A stretch of 63,800 nt of DNA, the filler included, from Cercozoa sp. M6MM (Eukaryota; Protista; Endomyxa: Ascetosporea), in NCBI GenBank assembly GCA_040357565.1. It is 10 parts of 10 records of this genome, joined end to end, with 100 filler letters (N's around TTAATTAATTAA, not from the genome) between each part and the next. Parts side by side here need not be neighbours in the genome. Positions count along the whole stretch, not along the records: positions 13,541 to 33,252 come from JBDODJ010000204.1; 9 more parts are not named here. One strand, 5' to 3'. Made by a program: the position numbers and the translations under genes. The notes beneath the pieces are model-generated. The model was given only the letters and a program-made list of their open reading frames with translations. It was not told the DNA's origin and did no database searches. Shown one piece after another: positions 14,300 to 24,319 of the stretch (position 1 is its first letter; each line of letters begins with the position of its first letter).

Positions 14300-16214
14300 A
14301 TGGGCGTGTGCACATCGTCGACCGAACCTTCAATGGGACAACGAGGTGACTTTCAGTTTTGGTCTGGTGCGCCGCGTTTCTCAAATTGTTTGTGCAAACA
14401 TAACAGTTCAGTTTTTGGGTTCATTTTTTTGCTGCTGTATGTAAAACCTATTCTGTTGCGCAGAGCAGCAAATTACAACAGTCCTGCAAGACGAAAGCAC
14501 GGGTACATCGTCGGTAGGCGAGCAAAGTCCATTAGGCTCAAAGCGAAGCGAGCCAAAGAGAGCACTCTCGGTGAATGTTGCTTTGGCACAACACTCGAAT
14601 CCGCCGAGACGCACTTCCTTTCACTCTGAGAGTGAGCGAAAGAGACCGTCGATAACTATACCTAGGTCTCCGAAATCTGAGAGCGCTTCCGCAACGGCGA
14701 AAATAGAGGCAGTTCCAGGAACCGAAGTTATCGCAAAGCAACGTCGTCGTCTCTCCGTGAAGCCAACTCAGGTTGGGTACATTGAGCCGCTTGATGCCGC
14801 TCGAAGACGTTCGACCATACCAGTGCAAAAGGACGGTGTTGTGACCAAGCGGCGTCCACAGGTCCATTGTGCTGTGACGAGGAAAGGTTACATCCCGTAC
14901 AATAGAAACAAGCGAAATCAAGTGGGCTTTCCTTCGTTATTCGACAGGGCCATGCTATGCTGTCTGAATTCCTGGGCAGGATGCGTACATTGTGCACGCT
15001 CCGCTTTTGCATTCAAAAGATACACGTTCTGACCACAAGAACGCGCACAAGGGCTCGATTAACCTCTTTGGTGTTGCAGACGGACATGGGGTGCGGTTTT
15101 TGTGATGCTTCAGTCGCTGTGGTAGAAGATTTAGGTCTCAAATTGAAACTGAATGCAGGAATTCGGGCACCACGTTTCAAAGTACGTAAAGGACAACCTT
15201 CCGATATTGTTACGCAATCACGAAGCTATTCGGATCGACCCGATGAAGGCACTCACCGAAGTCATTGAAGAGATAGCTCTGCAGGTACCGACATTGCAAC
15301 AGACAGATAGCTTTTACATGCGTGAAGTCAGAAGTATACTGATTGCTGTCTCTTGCTGTGAAGGTAAGAAAGGGACCAATCAACACGGCCTTCTCGGGGA
15401 CAACGCTTTGCTGTGGTACCACAAATTTCTCAACTTGGAATTCCTGCAAAGGCAAGTTTATCAATTCCATGACTCCCAGGCATCACTGCCGGCGAACACC
15501 TGTACGTCGCGAATGTGGGAGACTCGCGAGCGATTCTCGGTTACAACCTTCGGCTGGAGAACCACAAGCCAATTGTGCAGACGCTCGAGCTGACGGAAGA
15601 CCACAAGCCGACAAATCCGGGCGAGTACGACCGAATCATTGCGAGTAACGGGCGTGTTGCGACCCTGCCAGGACCTCCAAACACCGACTGTGGCCCGATG
15701 CGCGTTTGGATGAAACAACTCGACGTGCCAGGTCTTGCGATGTCTCGTTCTATTGGCGACGATATCGCCGCAAGTGTTGGTGTTATCGCCACCCCAGACG
15801 TGCGTTGCTTCAACCTGCGTGATCTTGGCGCGAACTTTGCCGTCTTTGCCACGGACGGCGTGTTTGAGTTCTTAAGCTCAGAGTACGTGAGTGGGCTGAT
15901 CGCAAAACGCGTCAATCACATCGAAAAAGCAGCTTCGAAACTGGTGAAGGACGCGGTTTCGTCCTGGCGGAGAAGCGAAGATGTCGTTGATGGTACTGCA
16001 TCAGTTCAGATGTACTAACTGATTAAATGGCTGAATTGTGTTTGCATTGTTAGACATCACTGCAGTTATCGCGGTATTGAAGGTGCCTGACGAGGTCGTG
16101 GACGCACTCAGCGAGCGCGAAGGACAGCTGCAAGCGTTGCACAACCAGCATGGATCTCGAGCTCCGCGGCGTCCAGACGGGCACTCCTCGCTATCAAACG
16201 GGCCCTCAGGCTAG
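14300..16214 (+). CDS. Protein phosphatase 2C (PPM family) with N-terminal MGVCTSS acylation motif
   Basis: NQ|DAY, LFGVADGHG|EFGHHVS, SGTT, LYVANVGDSRA, DHKP, PGLAMSRSIGD, ATDGVFEF, VD|DIT. Confidence 0.93.
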
Positions 16215-16526
16215 CTAAAAAGGTCGTGTTGTTTCGAACTGAAACTAAACTGCAGTTTGACTGACTGGCTCAGTCGGCTCAGTTTAATTTGGCTACACTT
16301 GCCTCGCATGAACGGGTTCACTACTGTACAGTAATTCACTGAACTGCCTGAGACAGTTTCACTGGTTGTAACTTGGCAATTTGAGACAACCCTGGGAGAT
16401 CTAGAGAAACGCTGGCGAACAATCTGTGGAAAATACGAAAAACCGTGTGCAGGCTCGGTTGTGACCATTGCAACCAAGCAAAGAAGGTACGTTGAGTACT
16501 GAGAAGGTAGTGAGACAAGGCATTGC

Positions 16527-18192
16527 ATGTCAAAATACCAGATCGGGGAGTTTACGGCTTCTGGCCGCGGGCGCGAGCGATCTCGGTTAAACTGCATTGA
16601 GGGTGCATAAAATGCGTTTTCATTTTCCGAACTGAATTGCAGGGGCGTGCGACGCATTTATATTGTTGTTGGGTCTTATGTAGATCACGAAGGTAGAATC
16701 AACAGCATCCGGCAGCAACGCGAAATGGCCGAGCGCAAACGTCAGCTTGAGTTAAAAGAAGCGAAGGAACAACGTATTCGTCAGCAGGAGCTCTATCGAC
16801 GGCAGGTCGAGCAGGAAAACCGTCTTGCCAACGAGCTGAGATCACGTCAGAAGAAATACTTGGTTCGACTCCAGTTTAAGACTGTCTCTCTTATTGCGTC
16901 TTTCCCGAGCTGTGTAATTTAGCGCAAGAAGCAAGAGCTGAGGAGAATCATCGATCGCTCAGACGAACTGAAGGAACTGCGCACGAAAATTGACCAAGCA
17001 CGCGTCGCAAAGCAGCTGAGCGAAAGTTTGCAGCTCAAAGCCGAACTCGCTGAGCAGGAACGTCAGAGAGATGTGGAAATCTGCAAAGTGGCAGACCAAC
17101 TCGCGGCGAAAGAACTCGAGCGGCAGAAAGAACAGAACGCCCTGCAGATCCGGCGGCTTGAAGAGATCAAGAAAGAGCTCGACGAGCAGGTCGAGCGACA
17201 GCGCCTCGAACAGGCCAAGCGCGAAGAACTTGCTCAACAAGAAAAGGCACAAGTCGCTGCAATCATTGCCGAGGTCGAGCGCGAAGAACTCGAGCGTATC
17301 GAGGAAGCAGAGCGCACAAAGGCTCAGTGGCGCGCAGAGCAGGAAAGCGCACTGGAACGTCACTACCGCGAACAGGCCGAGCAAAAGCAGCGCGAAAAAC
17401 AAGAGATGCTGCGCGTGCAGAACGAAGCGGCGGAAATCGAGAAGCGCACGCTCGAAATCGAGGCCGAAGCGAAGCGCAAACGCCAGGAGCACCTCGATCG
17501 TGTGCTTGCTGCCACAGAGCACATGGAACAGCAGGAGTCGATCCTGGCAGAGCGCGAGGCATTGCTGCAGGAGCTCGCTGCCGAAGAGGAGGCACTCGCA
17601 CTGCAGAAGGCCGAACAGGAACGCGTCGAGCGCGAGCAGCAACGCCGTGCCGAGTTGCGCGAAGCCTTCGAGCAGAGTCTTATCGAAAAACGACAGCGCG
17701 ACGAAGCGATCGCTCGCGAACGCGAACTCGAGCGGCAGGAGGTGGCCGCCAAGGTGCGTGCACACGAGCAGCAGCAGCAACGCATCGCTTCCGAGCGCAA
17801 GCGCAAGCAGCAGCAGTTCATGCAAGAAGTCCGAACACTCACGGCGATGCGAAAGAAGCTGCGCGATGCCGAGCGCACTCAAAACTCGGGCGCAGTCGAG
17901 CACTCGCGGCGACAGGTGCAGCTCGAGGAGCAGATCATCCGACGACAGCGCCACATGCTACTGCAAGAGGCGCGTGCAGCTGGCCTGTCGGAGCTGCTAC
18001 CACCCGGCACGTGCGCCAACGAAGAGGAGTTCGAAATTGCTTACGGTCGCAAGCCCAAGGTACTCAGTAAATTCACTTCCGTTCTCGGCCAGTACGACAA
18101 CATTCGCTGTGCAGCCTGCCGAGAAGCCGTCTGCTTTGCTCGCTGTGCATGATCCGTATAAGAGCAGCTGGGGAGGCTTTTCGTTGGAGTAA
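16527..18192 (+). CDS. MNS1: MNS1-like axonemal coiled-coil protein (trichohyalin-plectin-homology domain); start uncertain
   Basis: Long E/R/Q coiled coil; RRIIDRSDELKELRTKIDQARVAK and C-terminal IIRRQRHMLLQEA...LLPPGTCANEEEF resemble MNS1 signature segments. Confidence 0.65.
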
Positions 18193-18449
18193 CTAAACTT
18201 CGTACTGCATGGCCGTCACGTTGATCAGTTAGTGAATACCCGTCGAGCCGGTTTCCCGTGCTCTGCGGGCTGCAAACATGGCTGGATCACCGGAATACTA
18301 ACGTAAAGCCCACTGACTGATGTAGTTAGTTGAGTCTTATAGGGAACCAACTAAGTTAGTTTAATTCCCCTGCACCAGTCTGCTACCAATTAATGGACGC
18401 AACCGAACGGAACGGACCGGGCACACTCAAACTGAAGGCCGAATTTAAG

Positions 18450-19853
18450 TCAGCTAGCATACATCAAAATCGAATCGTCGACGTCGTCTTCGGGGTCCCG
18501 GATCTCCTCGGGCAGATTAAAGTCGAGGTCCTGCTCGTCGTCGTCGAACTCATGGTAGGGATCGGCTTGCTCGTCGCCGTCATCTTCCGACTCATCCTCT
18601 CGCTTGTTCTGTCGTAGTTCTATAGAACACATACGTATTTCCAGGTGCAATGTTTCTACGGGGTGCAAGACAGGGGCGCATAGAGGACAGAGGGGACCGA
18701 GTTGAGGCACAGGGAAGTCACGACTGAGGTCGAGCAGCGCAGGCGTCGCAGCAGCGAGTTGGCGTCGCCGCTCGTCGATGTCTCTAAGCTTGAGGATCTG
18801 GCAACCACAACCATGCCATGTAGATACAACACACCCGCACAGAGACACTCAGAGGCCTCAGTCAAAAGACTTGTGTGCCTGAGTCTGCGTGTACCTCGAC
18901 GAGTCGCATGCGGCGGTACAGCACATCGTGCATCGAGCGGCCGAGCAGAGCACTCGCGTCCTTTGTCTGGCGGACGTTTTCGAATCGCATGCCGTGCGCA
19001 ATGTCAGTCCTGCAGCAGGCATACACACATCCATGTGTACATTTCTCTATGTATATATTTCTCTATATATTTATCTCTATATATTTCTCTATATAAATAT
19101 TTCTCTATATCTATTTCTCTATATATATTATATATATATATATATATTATAGATACAAACAGATAGACAGAGATAGGTGGATAGAAAGAGGGGGACTACA
19201 GATCGTTCTGACGCGAGCGAGGCAGTGTCCTGAATGTGACCTGCACCAGACGGCACAGCGAGCGCTCGTCGACGCTCGTGAGTCGCGGGTGATCGCGACG
19301 TAGGCGTGCTGCCTCCAGTCGCTGTCCAAACATACACACACACGTACACATACACAACACGTACACATATACACACATGTATAACGCCCATGTATTCCAG
19401 GGTACCACAGGGTGGAAGCCCGGGTCAGGCGGCACCAGCGATGCCCGTGTCTGTCCACAGAAGCCTATTCCATTCTCAACACACAAGCCAGAGTTCTCCA
19501 TGCTACCAGAGTCGCCAACCTGAACAGTAGTTTTCTCTCCACGCCTGACAAGGAGTCTGGCAGACAGACACAGTGAACACTCCTCGGCAAAAGAGGCGAG
19601 ACACAGCGAACGTACCACTCAAGGCCGCCTCCAGACGCTTCTGTGGCTCTGAAATGCGCACCAGGTCCCACAACTCCGACACCAGCGGCTCGCGTTCCTT
19701 CGCGTCCAAGGTTTCGTAGTGCTTGCGAACGGCCCTCTCCCAGGTGCTGATAGTCTTCGCCTCGATGCCTGACACCACGGACGCCGCCGCGAAATGCCGC
19801 CATTGTCGCACAAGTCTCAGTGCGCGTAAACTAGACAGAACGTACCCTGACAT
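18450..19853 (-). CDS. Hypothetical protein, possible mitochondrial presequence, acidic C-terminus
   Basis: MSGYVLSSLRALRLVRQWRHFAAA; spliceable exons; D/E-rich tail ending ...SILMYAS*. Confidence 0.5.
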
Positions 19854-20295
19854 TCATGTAAGGTAGTAAACCGCTCACACACATAACAATTGTTCACTAG
19901 GCTTGTTGATCGAGAGGTTCATCAGTCCGGTTGTACGCACAGGACAAAATATTAAGCTCGCGGAAACCGCGCGCGGAGGCCCCACACCTTTCGCCGGAGG
20001 CTCTGTCCCCTGTAGCTTGTTAGTGGTACGTCTTCTGTGCAATATGCAGCGTGTCGGGGACGACACGTGAGTCACCGCAGCATCGGTGTGCGCTGTGTGT
20101 TCTACGAGTGCCAGATGATGGCACGTGCCTGTAGCGCAGTCTGCTGGCATCCCAGGTGCACAGGCAGCGTGACTGGTGCTTGCTTTTGGGGTGCGCGTTT
20201 TTTTTCTGTGGGCTCGCGCGAGTTTTCCGTTTTGTGTTTTTGATTTGTGTGTGGTTTGCTGCTGCAAGAAGAGTCGACGTGTGTGTGTGCAGAGG

Positions 20296-21661
20296 ATGTC
20301 GATCGAGCTGTACTCGCCGCAGTACTTCGCGACGTGCGCCGTCGGTGGCGTGCTGTCGTGCGGTCTGTCGCACACGCTGGTAGCTTGGGGGTTCGCTTGA
20401 GGATGTGTTGCAGACCAAGGTGCTTGTGTGTGCGAGAACAGCTGACGCCGGTGGACCTGGCGAAGTGCAACGCGCAGGCCAACCCACAGGTGTACAACAA
20501 GGGCATGGCGGGCAACCTGAAGCTCCTGATGCAGCAGCAGGGCACGATCGGCGCCGTGCGCGGCTGGCTGCCGACGCTGCTGGGCTACTCGCTGCAGGGC
20601 GCCAACAAGTTCGGCTGGTACGAGGTGTTCAAGCACTACTACGGCAAGGCTGTGGGCGACGAGTTCTTCTCCAAGTACCAGTCGCTGGTGTTTATGGCGG
20701 CCTCGGCCTCGGCCGAGTTCCTGGCCGACATCATGTACGTGCCGTTCGAGTCGATCAAGGTGCGCGTGCAGACCGACATGAAGATGCCGGCCTCGATGGT
20801 CAAGTCGGCCGGTATCATGCACAAGGAGGAGGGCATGAACGCCTTCTTCAAGTCGCTGTCGCCGCTGTGGGCGCGTCAGATCCCGTACACGATCATCAAG
20901 TTCGTGGCCTTCGAGAAGATCGTGCGCGCCATCTACGGCCTGCTGCCCGGCGACGCCGCCGACTACAACAAGACGCAGAAGCTCGGCGTGACGCTCGCCG
21001 CTGGCTACTCGGCTGGTGCGTTTCTCCCTCCCCCCGTGTGTTTAAGTGTGCGCGTGCTGTGCTGTGTGGTGCCGATGATGACACAACCTTTCTCCTCGAT
21101 CTGTCGTGAGAGTTTACGAAGCTTTTTAACCCTGAGGCATTGCACACACACACACGTGCACACACACACATATACCCTGTGTGTATATATGTGTATCTGG
21201 GTATCTGGGTATCGGAGTGTGTCTGTAGGTGTGATCTGCGGTGCCGTGTCGCACCCGGCCGACACCATGGTGTCGAAGCTCTCGGCCGGCAAGACGGAGG
21301 GCAGCACGATGGACAACGTCAAGCGCATCTACGGCGAGATCGGCTTCAACGGCCTGTGGAAGGGTAGTCGGCCATCTTTACCCCCTCCCCCTCCCTCCCC
21401 TGTGTGCAATGATGAAACAACCCTTTTCTTGATTTCTCTCATGAGAGTTACGAAGCTTTTTAACCCTGATGCACACCAACTCACATATCACACCCACACC
21501 GAGAATACATTGTGAACTTGTTTATGTCCCTTGTGCGTGTGTGATCTCTAGGCTTCGGTCCGCGTGTGTTCATGATCGGTACGCTCACGGCCGTGCAGTG
21601 GTTCATCTACGACGCCTACAAGGTGGCCAGCGGCCTCCCGACCACGGGCTCCAAGAAGTAA
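20296..21661 (+). CDS. Mitochondrial phosphate carrier (SLC25A3/MIR1/PIC2 family), 4 coding exons
   Basis: [12 protein letters not shown]|[79 protein letters not shown]. Confidence 0.96.
21069..21140 (+). ncRNA. Intronic box C/D snoRNA, U36/snR47-like, copy 1
   Basis: Box C ATGATGA 21075-21081, box D CTGA 21132-21135, terminal stem GTGCC/GGCAT, guide AGCTTTTTAAC complementary to conserved 18S GUUAAAAAGCU. Confidence 0.85.
21402..21476 (+). ncRNA. Intronic box C/D snoRNA, U36/snR47-like, copy 2
   Basis: Box C ATGATGA 21409-21415, box D CTGA 21466-21469, terminal stem GTGTGCA/TGCACAC, same guide TACGAAGCTTTTTAAC. Confidence 0.85.
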
Positions 21662-21737
21662 GCAAGCACGAACCGACGCAGGCGCACTTTGTGTATGTCA
21701 TATTAAGTTTCCTCTTCCGAGCCGAACTGTAAACTCT

Positions 21738-22660
21738 GGGTTCTGGGGCGTTGGAGCCCACTTTTAAATACGCGTGCTAACTATCATCAGTGCATGAGCA
21801 CATAAGATTAGTGCATAACTGAGTGTGTGGAAGTTCCGCTAATCCCGTAAACTCGAAGAAAATTGTGATACAATCCTCTTATTTTGTTGCGTTGGAGCGC
21901 CGGATTCGCATCACCGCGCTTTGATAATGGCGATCTCTGCTGCCTGTTTCGTTGTAACGAAAGTTGCGCTGCAGTGCTGACATCAATAGAGCACCCTGGC
22001 TTTGGCGTAGTAGCTCTGTCTTTGCTTTGCTGGCAGCGGCACGGCGTGGTCTTTTGGCGGGAGGTTCGCTGGTCTCACTTGGGTCCCGGGAGCCATGTTT
22101 TGGCTCTCGTAGTCCGGGTCAACTTGATCTGCCACTTCTGCAGTGTTCTCGTGCTGTTGTAGTGCGTCTTCGCGGGTCAGGAGCGCGCACAGGCCCTGTT
22201 ATGTGCACATGTACTTGGCGAAGCGCTTTGCCTTCTTGTTGTACGTCGTACGGTGTTTCGGGCACACCGGGCGGCCTCCACAAGAGAAAAAATCCACTAC
22301 ATCGGGCAGCAAGGACGCCTTATCGGAGCAGTACGTCTCAATGAACTCAATCTCCGTTTTGATTGTCACCAGTTTCGACAGAACGCCAGGCATGGTTTTT
22401 ATCGTGTTCAGTCGTGTGCTTACACTCTACACTTGCAAAATAACAACACTATGCTCGTGCTAACATACGAAAAGACGCGGACAGTCGTTTTATATTTCGT
22501 GGGTCGGCGCTCAATTGCCCGATTTTGTGAAGCCGATTTCTTCGAGTTTACGGGATTAGCGGAACTTCCACGCACTCAGTTATGCACTAATCTTATATGC
22601 TCATGCACTGATGATAGTTAGCACGCGTATTTAAAAGTGGGCTTCAACGCCCCAGAACCC
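21738..22660. mobile_element. Non-autonomous TIR DNA transposon (923 bp; 124-bp TIRs; 5-bp TSD ACTCT)
   Basis: 21738-21861 and 22537-22660 are inverted repeats matching at 121/124; ACTCT flanks both ends (21733-21737, 22661-22665). Confidence 0.9.
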
Positions 22661-22678
22661 ACTCTTCTTTCACTCGAT

Positions 22679-24224
22679 TCAGTTGGCCGCAGTGTCGGCA
22701 CGTCGTGGACGCCAGTGCTTCCGACGCGGTCGACGCGGCCTGAACAGAACACCAGGCTATTAAAAAAACACACACTCAAGCAAGGAAGAAACGCACAGTC
22801 GCAGCGCCTCCTCATTAAGCGGCACACGGTGCCCCGACGCGGCGTTGTAACTCTCGTCGACAACACCGACGAAATCAGCCACCACTGCGCGTTTCGGGGT
22901 GCGACAAATACAAAAATCCAAAAACCAAAATTCAAAAACAAATAAAATACAACCCAAGGCACCACGAGACAGCGAGTCCTCCAAATGCGGATTCAGTGCC
23001 GTGTGCAGCAACGAGCGTGCCACCGGGGCCGTGTTACACGGCAGAATCCGTCGGTACAGTGTGCGCACGTCATCCGGTGTCAACCAGCGACATTCGCCTG
23101 GACGAGGGGGTAGAGGAGGGGGGGGGGGGGGTAAAGCAAGAACAAACGCCTACCAGCCTCCATGAACGATCCATCCGACCGACGCAAATGCAGCGGCAAC
23201 GCGTCCTTCTCGTCGCCGATTTGGACTCGATGTAGCCACCGCACCTGTCCAAATACAGGGGTAAGGGGCAGCGGGGGGGGGGGGGGCTCAAGGAACCGGC
23301 AAGCGCGAGCGGCGCGCCAATCGTCGAATCTGACGTTTCTTGCCCTCGCGAATCCTGACCTCAAGCACCTGAAAACAGACCGCACCCTTAACAAAACAAA
23401 AATATCAAAAGCGTCAGCTCGAATGGTACAGTGCGCTTGCCAGCGTGGGGTAGCCACCTGTAGCCCCTGTCCTCATCCTCCTGCTGCGTGACCGAGTAGT
23501 GCCGCAGCACTCGGATCTGCGCCGGTCGCGTGAAATAATCTGTGCCTGAAGTTGAAGAAAACAATTAAAAAACAACACAAAACGAGATGGAGAAAACAAA
23601 TAAAAAAGCAAGGAAAAAACCTCCAACAAAAATACAGAAAAATACAGGAAAAAACAAAAAATCCAGAAAATACAACAAAAAAATACAAGAAAAAAACGGA
23701 GAAATACGGAAAAACGATAAAAAGCGAAAAAATACAAGAAACCCCAAAGTGAGAGAGAAACGCACCGTCACGACAGCCGTTTTCGCACTTGAGGGGCGTG
23801 CGCATGAGCTGCACCGGGTCGGCCGACTCATCGTAGTGCCCAGCCACATGCAGGTGGTACACCTTGTACACCGGGTCCACTACACTCACACAACCTCGCT
23901 GTTGACCGGGGGGGGGGGGGTAGGGCGTACCGCTGCCTGGAGGTGCGTTGCCCTTGAAAAAAGGCGACAGAAGCGCCATGTTGAGCAGACTGTCGTCGGT
24001 CATCAGCAGCACACCCGAGGTGTCCTCGTCCAGTCGACCCACATGCCCGACGTGAGGAAAGACATTTCCATCGATCACGTCGTACAAGGTTTTCTTCTCA
24101 AGTCCTCGGCCGTCCTTACGCGAGGAGAGAACCCCACGCGGCTTATGAAGTATAAAGTAGTACATCAAACCTGCACACACTCACTGTAGTTTCTGCTTGA
24201 GGCAACCTCACGTTTTGTTGTCAT
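22679..24224 (-). CDS. RsuA/RluB/E/F-family pseudouridine synthase (no S4 domain evident)
   Basis: YFILHKPRGVLSSR, HVGRLDEDTSGVLLMTDD (catalytic Asp), KVYHLHV, IREGKKRQIRRL, LHRVQIG. Confidence 0.92.
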
Positions 24225-24319
24225 TGTAGCCACCTTATGTCACACAACTTCCCGCGAAACCTGGTGGCTTTGTAGAGGAGCGGTGCACGTTTTCGGGTTT
24301 AATTTAGTTGGTGAGTGTT

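Noticed and set aside
13560-14384. Minus-strand ORF 13950..14384 as a gene
   Set aside because: It overlaps the PP2C first exon, has no recognisable motif and a weak splicing chain; left uncalled
19440-19530. Stop-codon reassignment suggested by in-frame stops within coding-looking regions
   Set aside because: The stops checked fall in short GT-AG introns (here a 42-nt intron); TAA, TAG and TGA all terminate genes in this window
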